Part shown: positions 50,704 through 59,052 of the stretch, one piece after another | How the letters are laid out: each line of letters begins with the position of its first letter | Numbering within the stretch: position 1 is the stretch's first letter | From: Spirochaetia bacterium | GTDB taxonomy: Bacteria; Spirochaetota; Spirochaetia; SZUA-6; Bin103 | Direction: 5' to 3' | NCBI GenBank assembly: GCA_965199955.1 | Contig: CBDATQ010000001.1 | Location: forward strand, 1,280,001-1,344,000 | DNA length: 64,000 nt | Notes under the pieces: model-generated | Database searches by the model: none | What the model was told of the DNA's origin: nothing | Seen by the model: only the letters and a program-made list of their open reading frames with translations | Program-made: the position numbers and the translations under genes

Positions 50704-51055
50704 CCGGGATCCGTGAACCCGTACACCAGCTTCCCATCCTTCTCGACCCACTCGTACGGAAAGGTACCGAAGGCACCGAAGAACTCGTCGAAGAACCCCT
50801 TCGGGGCATCCTCACGATCTCCCGGCGCTGTCATCGGAAAGGTGTCCCGGCTCCCGTTTCCGTCCGGATCGTCGTTCCGAAACGCCCTGAACGCCGCCTC
50901 GAAGTCGTCCAGCGTTACCGGGATCTCCGTGATACCGGTGTTCAACAGCCACTGGGCGTTCCAGGCGATGGCCCGCCGGGCGATGCCTGAGGGGTGCAGC
51001 AACGGCAGGACCATGTTCCTTCCGTCGAACTCGCTGAAGGACCACAGGTCAGGCG
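50704..51055 (-). pseudogene. Internal fragment of a solute-binding protein paralogous to 55760-57478
   Basis: IAWNAQWLLNTGI...FRNDDPDGNG...TAPGD...EKDGKLVYGFTDPG aligns by eye with the downstream SBP. Confidence 0.8.
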
Positions 51056-51105
51056 CCGGCGTCGCGTGTCACTTCCTATATCCTTGCCGTTCCAAGGAGC
51101 GACTC

Positions 51106-52521
51106 GTGAAAAGACCCCACATCATCTACATCCTTTCCGACGAGCACCGCGGCCAGGCCATGAGCCACGCCCGGGATCCCAACGTGCGGACGCCGTGGAT
51201 GGATCGGCTTGCCGCCGAGGGGGCGAGCTTCGAGCGCGCCTACGCCAACTGCCCGATCTGCACGCCGTCGCGGGGGACGATCTTCTCCGGGCGCCACGCG
51301 CACGCCGGACCGGTGGCAGGGTTCTTCGACGTGTTCAAGCCCGCGGCGCCGAGCACGGCCACGCTGCTGCGCGAGCTCGGCTACCGCACCGCCTATTTCG
51401 GCAAGTGGCATTGCGGCATCGTGCGCAACCAGGTGCCGGCGTCGGCGGCCGAAGATACGACGGGGCTCTTCGAGGGAGGATCGCGGAACCGCACGCCGGA
51501 GTACTTCCGCGCGGGCTTCGAGGACTGGTACGGGTTCGAGAGCCTGAACCGCCACTTCAACAGCTCGATCTACGAGCTCGACAACGCCGATCCGACCCCT
51601 CTGGACGGCTACGAGACCGACGCCCTCACCGACCGGGCGATGGAGTACCTGCGCGGTAATGATGGCGACCAGCCGCTGTTTCTCGTGCTGTCGGTGACGC
51701 CGCCCCACTTCCCGCTGATCGTTCCCGACGAGTGGAAGCGCTTCGATCCCGCCGCGCTTGCGGTGCGGCCGAACTTCGCCGACACGCCACGGATGCGCGC
51801 GCATCTGGCCGACTACTACGCCATGATCGAGAACCTCGACTGGAACATCGGCCGGCTCATGGATTGCGTGCGGGGGCTGGCGGGGTTCGAGGACGTGTTG
51901 ACGGTGTACGTCAGCGATCACGGGGACTACATGGGCTGTCACGGGCTCTACAACCAGAAGGAGCACTGTCACGAAGAGTCGGTGCGGATTCCGGCGATCT
52001 TCCACTGGCCCGGCCAGATCCCGGCGACCGGACTCAAGGACGGACTGTTCAGCCTGGTCGATCTGATGGGGACGACGCTGGGGCTGATCGGCGCCGGCGT
52101 GCCGGGCTGGAACCAGGGCACGGACTTCTCCCCGGCGCTTCGGGGCGAGCGCTTCGACGCCCCGCGGGACGTGTTCCTGGAGATGGTGGGCAGCCCGCGC
52201 TGGGACCTGGGCATGCCGGACTGGCGCGGACTGGTGAGCGAACGCTGGAAGTACGCCTTCAACGAGCACCGCATCGAGCTGCTCTTCGATCTCGAGAACG
52301 ACCCGTTCGAGCAGCACAACCTTGCGGACGGAAACCCGGCCGAGCGCCGTCGGCAGCGCGCACGCCTGCTGGAGATGCTGGCCGAGACCAGGGATCCCTA
52401 CTGGGACGTGCTCATCGAGCACGGCGTGGAGCCGGCCGTTCCGAAGGACGTCGCGCCGAAACCGGGCCGCAAGCCATACTGGCTCGGAGCGATGGCGGGC
52501 GTGCGGAACGACGCGGGCTGA
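51106..52521 (+). CDS. Sulfatase
   Basis: PHIIYILSDEH, CTPSR, GKWH, SDHGD and DPFEQHN. AAGGAG RBS before the GTG start. Confidence 0.9.
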   Translation: MKRPHIIYILSDEHRGQAMSHARDPNVRTPWMDRLAAEGASFERAYANCPICTPSRGTIFSGRHAHAGPVAGFFDVFKPAAPSTATLLRELGYRTAYFGKWHCGIVRNQVPASAAEDTTGLFEGGSRNRTPEYFRAGFEDWYGFESLNRHFNSSIYELDNADPTPLDGYETDALTDRAMEYLRGNDGDQPLFLVLSVTPPHFPLIVPDEWKRFDPAALAVRPNFADTPRMRAHLADYYAMIENLDWNIGRLMDCVRGLAGFEDVLTVYVSDHGDYMGCHGLYNQKEHCHEESVRIPAIFHWPGQIPATGLKDGLFSLVDLMGTTLGLIGAGVPGWNQGTDFSPALRGERFDAPRDVFLEMVGSPRWDLGMPDWRGLVSERWKYAFNEHRIELLFDLENDPFEQHNLADGNPAERRRQRARLLEMLAETRDPYWDVLIEHGVEPAVPKDVAPKPGRKPYWLGAMAGVRNDAG

Positions 52522-52534
52522 AGGAGGAACAGCG

Positions 52535-53698
52535 ATGCAGTCGTTGGCGCAGGACTATGTGGTGGTGGCGGAGTCACCAGACAAGGAGCGGCACTTCGCC
52601 GGCTCGCCGGGGATCACCCGGCTGCCGGGCGGCGAGATGGTCGTCTCCTACGAGTGGTTTCAGCCGAAGCCGTACACGGAGACCTTTCCCAACCAGACCG
52701 AGGTGCGGGTGAGCGCGGACGGCGGCAGGACCTGGGAGCTGCGCGGCAAGACCGACATCATCTGGCCGAGCTGCTTCGTGCACGCGGGCGCGCTCTACAT
52801 GATCGGCAACCGGCGCCAGTCGCGGGAGGTGATCATCAGCCGCTCGGAGGACGGCGGCCACACCTGGGCGCCGGAGGTCGAGGTGTGCGACCGGCGCAGC
52901 CACGGCGCGCCGACGGCGGTGACCTTCCAGGGCGGGCAGGTCTATCGCGCGTTCGAGACCTGCCCGCGGGTCGGCCGCTCGGGAGGCGGGCGCTCCTCAT
53001 GGGAGTCGTTCGTGATGGCGGGCGACCTGAGCCGCGACCTGCTCGATCCCGCGGCGTGGCGGGCGTCGCCGATGGAGCGGTTTCCCGGCGCGCCGTACCC
53101 CATGAACACCTTCGCCTATCCGCCGGAGACCGGGACCGAGGACTGCTGGATCGAGGGCAACCTGATCTCCGTGCGCGGCCGGCTGCGCAACCTGCTGCGC
53201 CTGCACGTGCTGGGGCGCGCTACGGTGGGCCTGGCGGCCATCTGCGACCTGGAGGACGACGGCCGCACCATGAACTACCGGTTCAGCCAGTACTGCCCGA
53301 TGCCGGGCGGGCAGTGCAAGTTCCACATCGTCCACGACGAGGTCTCCGACCTGTTCTGGACGTGCGTGAATCCGGTCTCGGACACGCTGACGCCCGTGAA
53401 CGACAAGCTGGCCGAGATCGGCTTCCGCGGCATCGTCGCCAACGAGCGGCGCATCCTGCTGCTGATCTACAGCGCCGACGCGCAGAACTGGTTCCAGGCT
53501 GGCTGCGTGGCGATGAGCCGCAAGATGACCGAGTCGTTCAGCTACGCCTCCAACCTGATCGACGGCGACGATCTGGTCGTGCTGTCGCGGACGTCGGTGG
53601 GGGGAGCAAGCCAGCACGACACGAACCTGGTCACCTGCCATCGCGTGCGCGGCTTCCGCGACCTGGCGCTCGACCTGAGCCGCGACTTCACCCGCTGA
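52535..53698 (+). CDS. Sialidase/BNR-repeat family protein
   Basis: GSPGI, Asp-boxes SADGGRTW and SEDGGHTW, EGN, MPGGQCKF and HDTN. Confidence 0.75.
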   Translation: MQSLAQDYVVVAESPDKERHFAGSPGITRLPGGEMVVSYEWFQPKPYTETFPNQTEVRVSADGGRTWELRGKTDIIWPSCFVHAGALYMIGNRRQSREVIISRSEDGGHTWAPEVEVCDRRSHGAPTAVTFQGGQVYRAFETCPRVGRSGGGRSSWESFVMAGDLSRDLLDPAAWRASPMERFPGAPYPMNTFAYPPETGTEDCWIEGNLISVRGRLRNLLRLHVLGRATVGLAAICDLEDDGRTMNYRFSQYCPMPGGQCKFHIVHDEVSDLFWTCVNPVSDTLTPVNDKLAEIGFRGIVANERRILLLIYSADAQNWFQAGCVAMSRKMTESFSYASNLIDGDDLVVLSRTSVGGASQHDTNLVTCHRVRGFRDLALDLSRDFTR

Positions 53699-53787
53699 GG
53701 GTCCATCGGAGCGCGTTGGGCGCGCCGGCTCCCCGGCGGTCGGATCCATTGACCGCCGCCTCCTGAGGTGGTAGCGTCCGGCTTCGC

Positions 53788-54756
53788 ATGGCGTTGTCGA
53801 AGGCAGCCCCGAACACCGCCGCTCGGGCCGACCTCGTCTCCATCAACCGTCCGTCGATCCTGAAGCAGTACTACCGCCACCGCTATCTGTTCGCCCTGCT
53901 GGGTGCCGCGCTCGTCTGGACCATCATCTTCAAGTACGGTCCCATGTACGGGGTCATCATCGCGTTCAAGAAGTACCGGCTTTTTGACGGCATCTGGGGC
54001 AGTGAGTGGGTCGGGCTCCACTATTTCGTACGGCTGTTCAACGGGACCACCGATTTCGAAAGGGTGTTCCGCAACACCCTCCTCATCAGCCTGTACCGAA
54101 TGTTCTGGGGCTTTCCCGCGCCCATCATCCTGGCGCTGCTGTTGAACGAGGTTGCTCAACGCCACTTCAAGCGCGTCGTGCAGACGATCAGTTACCTGCC
54201 ACATTTCCTGTCGTGGGTTGTCCTCGCCGGCGTCATCGCGGCGATCCTCTCTCCGTCCACGGGCGTCATCAATTCGATCATCACCCTGCTGGGGGCCGAC
54301 AAGATTCATTTCCTTGCGGACTCCGACTGGTTCGTGACCGTCCTGATCACCACGGGCGTCTGGCAGCAGGTCGGATGGGGGTCGATCATCTTCCTCGCCG
54401 CCATCGCCGGGGTGGACCCGCAGCTTCACGAGTCGGCGATCATCGACGGAGCCGGCAGGATCCGGCAGGCGTGGAGCATCACGATCCCGTCGATCATGCC
54501 CGTGATCGTCATTCTCTTCATCCTGCGCGTCGGTGACATCCTGGAAGCGGGCTTCGATCAGATACTGAATCTCTACAATCCGGCGGTGTATGAGGTCTCC
54601 GACATCATCGACACCTACGTGTACCGCGTGGGTCTGGAGGAGCTGAACTTCAGCCTGGCCGCGGCCGCCGGTCTGTTCAAGAACGTGATCGGTCTGATCC
54701 TGGTCGTGATCGTCAATCGTATCGCCAAGGCGGTCGGCGACTACGGGATCTGGTAG
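53788..54756 (+). CDS. Carbohydrate ABC transporter permease (LplB-like)
   Basis: FKYGPMYG, YLPHFLSWVV, HESAIIDGA and DTYVYRVG. Confidence 0.92.
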   Translation: MALSKAAPNTAARADLVSINRPSILKQYYRHRYLFALLGAALVWTIIFKYGPMYGVIIAFKKYRLFDGIWGSEWVGLHYFVRLFNGTTDFERVFRNTLLISLYRMFWGFPAPIILALLLNEVAQRHFKRVVQTISYLPHFLSWVVLAGVIAAILSPSTGVINSIITLLGADKIHFLADSDWFVTVLITTGVWQQVGWGSIIFLAAIAGVDPQLHESAIIDGAGRIRQAWSITIPSIMPVIVILFILRVGDILEAGFDQILNLYNPAVYEVSDIIDTYVYRVGLEELNFSLAAAAGLFKNVIGLILVVIVNRIAKAVGDYGIW

Positions 54757-54770
54757 GAAAGGCGACTGGC

Positions 54771-55658
54771 GTGGCGGTCCGCACTACCGGCGAGAAGGTC
54801 TTCGGGGTGTGCAACGCTCTGTTCCTGATTCTGTTCTCGGCCACCATCCTGTTTCCTTTCGTCAACCTGCTGGCGGTGTCCCTCACGCATGGATCGAGCG
54901 AGTACCTGAGCAACGTGATGCTCTGGCCGCGCCCCTTCTCCACGAAATCGTATGAGGTGATTCTCGGTGACGGCGACCTCTACTGGGGCTACCTCAACAC
55001 CATCGTGCGCACCGTGGCCGGCACCTTCGCGACGGTCGTGGTGCTGCTGTGCGCTGCCTATCCCCTGTCGAAGAAGTACTTGCCCCACCGCAACGTCTAC
55101 ACGTCGATCTTCGTCTTCACGCTGTTCTTCTCGGGCGGCCTGATCCCCACCTACATTCTGATTCGCAGCCTGGGCCTCATCGACACGCGGCTGGTGTTCA
55201 TCCTGATCAACCTGGCGCCGGCGTTCTGGCTGCTCATCATGCGCAATTTCCTGATGACCATCCCGGCGGAGATCGAGGACTCGGCGCGCATCGACGGCGC
55301 CAATGAGATCGTCACGCTGTTCCGGATCATCGCCCCCATGTCCATGGCGGTCATCGCCACCATCGGACTCTGGAGCGCCGTCGGGCACTGGAACGCGTGG
55401 TTCGACTCGCTCATCTACATCAGAGACCAGCACAAGCACGTGCTGCAGATCTGGCTGCGGCGCATCGTGATCACCGCCAGCGACAAGCTCACCATCGAGG
55501 CGGAACAGGCGTTCGACGAGGCGGCACTACGCCCCGTGCGGCCGGCGACCCTCAACTCGGCGGCGATCTTCGTCGCCATCGCGCCGATTCTCATCGTCTA
55601 TCCGTTCATACAGAAATACTTCGTGAAGGGGGTGATAATCGGGTCTCTCAAGGGGTAG
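54771..55658 (+). CDS. Carbohydrate ABC transporter permease
   Basis: FSGGLIP, EDSARIDGA, VGHWNAW and YPFIQKYFVKG. Confidence 0.92.
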   Translation: MAVRTTGEKVFGVCNALFLILFSATILFPFVNLLAVSLTHGSSEYLSNVMLWPRPFSTKSYEVILGDGDLYWGYLNTIVRTVAGTFATVVVLLCAAYPLSKKYLPHRNVYTSIFVFTLFFSGGLIPTYILIRSLGLIDTRLVFILINLAPAFWLLIMRNFLMTIPAEIEDSARIDGANEIVTLFRIIAPMSMAVIATIGLWSAVGHWNAWFDSLIYIRDQHKHVLQIWLRRIVITASDKLTIEAEQAFDEAALRPVRPATLNSAAIFVAIAPILIVYPFIQKYFVKGVIIGSLKG

Positions 55659-55759
55659 CATTGGCCCCTGCGGCCCTTGGGGCCGTAGCTCAACCGCGTG
55701 TCTTGACGCGAGGAGATCGCCAAGCGCGCGACCAAACCAAGAAGGAAGGATCGAAGACT

Positions 55760-57478
55760 ATGCGCAAACTCTCACTATTGCTGGTCCTGGTGCTGCTCGG
55801 CGGGTTCGCCCTGGAACTGGCGGCCCAGGAGTACACCTACACCAGCGCGGCGACCAACATGCATCGCCGGGACGCGGAACTGAACATGACCAAGCGTTGG
55901 CTGGACGAGTACTTCGACGTCCAGTTCGACTGGGTGGTCACGGAGAACCAGTTCGAGAAGCTCAACGTGCTGCTGGCCGCCGGCGAGGTGCCGGACATGA
56001 TCGCCATGCGGATGAATCCCGTGCAGTTGGCGACCTACGCCGATCAGGGCGTCCTGGCCGAGCTGTCGGTGGACACCATCCGCGAGGTGATGCCGGAGTA
56101 CTACGCTCACGTCGCGTCGTTCGGCGACGAGCGGGTGTGGAAGTACGGCGAGATCGACGGCAAGCACATGGGGCTGCCGATCATCAGCCCGTGGAACATC
56201 TACCGGCGCGGCATCGCCTGGAACGCGCAGTGGCTGCACAACGTCGGCATCGACAAGGTTCCGGAGACGCTGGACGAGTTCGAGGAGGCGTTCCTCAAGT
56301 TCCGCAATGACGACCCCAACCAAAGCGGCGCGAAGGACACCTACGCGTTCACCGCGCCGGGTGACCAGGAGACCGCCCCTGCCGGCTTCTTCCAGGAGAT
56401 CTTCGGCGCCCACGGAACGTTTGCCTTCCAGTGGATCGAGAAGGACGGCAAGCTGCAGTACGGCTTTACCGATCCCGGCACCAAGGAGGCGCTGGCGCTG
56501 CTGGCCGACTGGTATGCCAACGAGGTCATCGATCCGGAGTGGGTCACCGAGATCGGGCGCAAGGACGGCGCCAACGACGTCTCGTGGAAGTTCGCCAACG
56601 AGAAGATCGGCTACGTCTCCTCGCTCGGCTCCGACGACTCCGAGTGGGACGGCGGTGGCCACCTGAACCGCAAGTGGCACATGGCCCATCCCGAGCACCG
56701 CGCCTACATCTACGACGATCCCGACTGCTGGCCGGACGACTGCGCCGGCCAGGGGCACTACAGCATCATCGCCTTCACGGAGATCGATCCTGCCGCCCAC
56801 GCGTCGGTGACCGACTACCATCCCTACGTGGCCGGCGAGCCGCCGATCGGACCGCGCGGCGACGCCGGAATGTCGATACGCGGCCTGCAGCCGCTGTACG
56901 TGACGTTCGGACGGCAACTCGAGCGTGATGAGGACAAGCTCCATCGCCTGCTGCAGGTGTTGAACACCATCGCCACCGACCGCGCGCTGTACTATGCGGC
57001 GGCGCTCGGCTGTTTCGTCGGCGACACGACGAAGGTGTGTGAGGAAGCGACGCCCTGGGAATGGGTGCCGTTTGACGGCTCCGAGTACGGCGACCGATTC
57101 GCTCAGACCGAGGACTGGCTGGCCGACCCGCGCCGCCAGGGCGAGCTGGGCCAGAACCTGGCCGGCGGTTTCTCGACGAACCCGTTCTGGGTGTACGCGC
57201 CGTGGTACAACGTGAGCCGCGGGGCAAGCGGCGTGCAGCGGCAGACGCTGTACGACACCATCGCCAGCCAGAACACCGTGGAGCAGCCGCTGAAGGTGGC
57301 GCTGCCCTCACAGGCCGAGTACGCGGACGTCGACAAGGTGCTCAAGGAGTTCTTCTACAAGGTCGTCCTGGGCACGCAGAGCGTCGACGACTACGACGAT
57401 GTAATCGCGCAGTGGCGCCGCAACGGCGGCGACATCCTGACCCAGGAAGCCAACGCGTGGTTCGACACCGTCAAGTAG
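55760..57478 (+). CDS. Extracellular solute-binding protein (family 1)
   Basis: Signal peptide MRKLSLLL, KLNVLLAAGEVPD, PETLDEFEEA, FRNDDPN and WRRNGG. Confidence 0.88.
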   Translation: MRKLSLLLVLVLLGGFALELAAQEYTYTSAATNMHRRDAELNMTKRWLDEYFDVQFDWVVTENQFEKLNVLLAAGEVPDMIAMRMNPVQLATYADQGVLAELSVDTIREVMPEYYAHVASFGDERVWKYGEIDGKHMGLPIISPWNIYRRGIAWNAQWLHNVGIDKVPETLDEFEEAFLKFRNDDPNQSGAKDTYAFTAPGDQETAPAGFFQEIFGAHGTFAFQWIEKDGKLQYGFTDPGTKEALALLADWYANEVIDPEWVTEIGRKDGANDVSWKFANEKIGYVSSLGSDDSEWDGGGHLNRKWHMAHPEHRAYIYDDPDCWPDDCAGQGHYSIIAFTEIDPAAHASVTDYHPYVAGEPPIGPRGDAGMSIRGLQPLYVTFGRQLERDEDKLHRLLQVLNTIATDRALYYAAALGCFVGDTTKVCEEATPWEWVPFDGSEYGDRFAQTEDWLADPRRQGELGQNLAGGFSTNPFWVYAPWYNVSRGASGVQRQTLYDTIASQNTVEQPLKVALPSQAEYADVDKVLKEFFYKVVLGTQSVDDYDDVIAQWRRNGGDILTQEANAWFDTVK

Positions 57479-57483
57479 ACCGC

Positions 57484-57564
57484 TCAGGCGCATAGCCTGA
57501 TCGGGCCTCGAACGAGGCCAACCGAGAGCCGGGCCGGCGATCTGCAGGCCCGGCTCTCTCTATT
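57484..57564 (+). terminator. Three consecutive hairpins after the SBP gene, the last a probable terminator
   Basis: TCAGGC/GCCTGA, GGCCTCG/CGAGGCC and GAGAGCCGGGCC/GGCCCGGCTCTC, followed by TCTATT. Confidence 0.6.
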
Positions 57565-57601
57565 AGCAGCGAGTCGGCCGCGATGGCCGAAAGGGACGAC
57601 G

Positions 57602-57657
57602 ATGAAGCCGTTGGCGCAGGACCACGTGGTGGTGGCGGAGTCACCAGACAAGGAGCG
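57602..57657 (+). repeat. 56-bp direct copy of the 5' end of the sialidase-like gene (52535-52590)
   Basis: 52 of 56 nt identical by manual alignment. MKPLAQDHVVVAESPDKER versus MQSLAQDYVVVAESPDKER. Confidence 0.85.
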
Positions 57658-57786
57658 CCGACCGCGCCGCATGCCGGCAATCGAAGGTCGTAGGAGGCGG
57701 CGCGATGCGATCACGCGTGACCGCACGATCCTGCCGGAGCGTCCTCAGTATGGCCCCCTTCGAGGCTGCCGCAGTAGACTGACGCC

Positions 57787-59052
57787 ATGAGCAATGACAA
57801 ACCCTTGCGCGTGGCACTGATCGGCGCAGGCAACCGGGCCAGCACCGTCTACGCGCCGATTCTCCCCCACCTCGGCGAGTGGCTGGACCTGGTCGCGGTG
57901 TGCGACCCCGTGGCCGAGCACTCCGACGCGCTGGCCGCGCAGCTTGGCGCCCGGCCGTTCCACTCCATCTTCGAACTGGTGGACTCGCAGGTGGCGGAGG
58001 CGGCGCTGGTGGTCACACCGGTGCCCTCGCATCACTCCATCTCGTCCTTTCTCTCCGCGAACGGCATCCACCACGACGTGGAGACCTCCATGGCGGTGAC
58101 TCTCCAGCAGGGCCGGGAGATGTCCGAACGCGCCAGGGACGGCAACGTCGTCCTGCGCATTGGTGAGAACTTCTGGCGCTTTCCGATCGACCGGATCAGC
58201 AAGGCGGTGGCGGCCTCAGGGGCGATCGGCGAGGTGCGGCGCGTGCTGTGCATGTACGACCACACCGGCTACCATAACAACTCGCGCTGGATCGTCTTCT
58301 ACGAGTCGCACCCGCTGACCGCGCGTACGATCAGCCACACGATGCCGGTGGCCCCGTACAACTCGATGCCGCACCGCCACCACGTCGACGAGGGGTTCCA
58401 CTGCAACTTCTTCACGTTCCCTCAGGACCGTCTCGTCGTCGACCTGGCGGGCAACGTCAAGGGCAACCTGGGCCGGCATCCGCGGCCCGGGTATACGGAG
58501 ATCGCAGGTGCCCGCGGCACGGTCGTGCAGACGCCGGCCGAGAACTGGACCGGAGTCGCCGAGGTGCGCGTCTGCAGCGACGAGTCGCTCGCCGCGGGCG
58601 GCAAGGCGGACATCATCAGCCCGGTCGTCCATGAGCAGGCCGACGACGTCTGGACCCGCTCCACGGTCGAGGTCCCGGGCAGGACCATCGAGTACGTCAA
58701 CCCGTATCGCGTTCCCACCCGCACCGGCCGCCCCTACTATGGCGCCGCGGTGGCCGGCCACATCGTCGACTTCGTGCTGGCCGTGCACCGGCACAACGGT
58801 TCGCAGGAGGCGGCGGCGGAGTTGGCGAGCCGGGGCTGGGAGTACACCGACCGCGATGCGCTGGCGGCGATGGAGATGAGCCAGGCCTGCGACGAGTCCG
58901 AACTGCGCGGCGGCGTGGAGCTGGCGCTGCCGCTGGCGGCCGACCTGGAGCTCCGCTCCGAGGAGGAACAGCTCGCCTTGCTGCGCAAGAAGCTCGGGTG
59001 CGATCCGATGGACGTCGACGCCATGCTTGCGGTGAGCTACGCGCGTCCATGA
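57787..59052 (+). CDS. Gfo/Idh/MocA-family oxidoreductase
   Basis: LRVALIGAGNR, LVAVCD, VETSM, IGENF and GAIGEV. Confidence 0.8.
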   Translation: MSNDKPLRVALIGAGNRASTVYAPILPHLGEWLDLVAVCDPVAEHSDALAAQLGARPFHSIFELVDSQVAEAALVVTPVPSHHSISSFLSANGIHHDVETSMAVTLQQGREMSERARDGNVVLRIGENFWRFPIDRISKAVAASGAIGEVRRVLCMYDHTGYHNNSRWIVFYESHPLTARTISHTMPVAPYNSMPHRHHVDEGFHCNFFTFPQDRLVVDLAGNVKGNLGRHPRPGYTEIAGARGTVVQTPAENWTGVAEVRVCSDESLAAGGKADIISPVVHEQADDVWTRSTVEVPGRTIEYVNPYRVPTRTGRPYYGAAVAGHIVDFVLAVHRHNGSQEAAAELASRGWEYTDRDALAAMEMSQACDESELRGGVELALPLAADLELRSEEEQLALLRKKLGCDPMDVDAMLAVSYARP

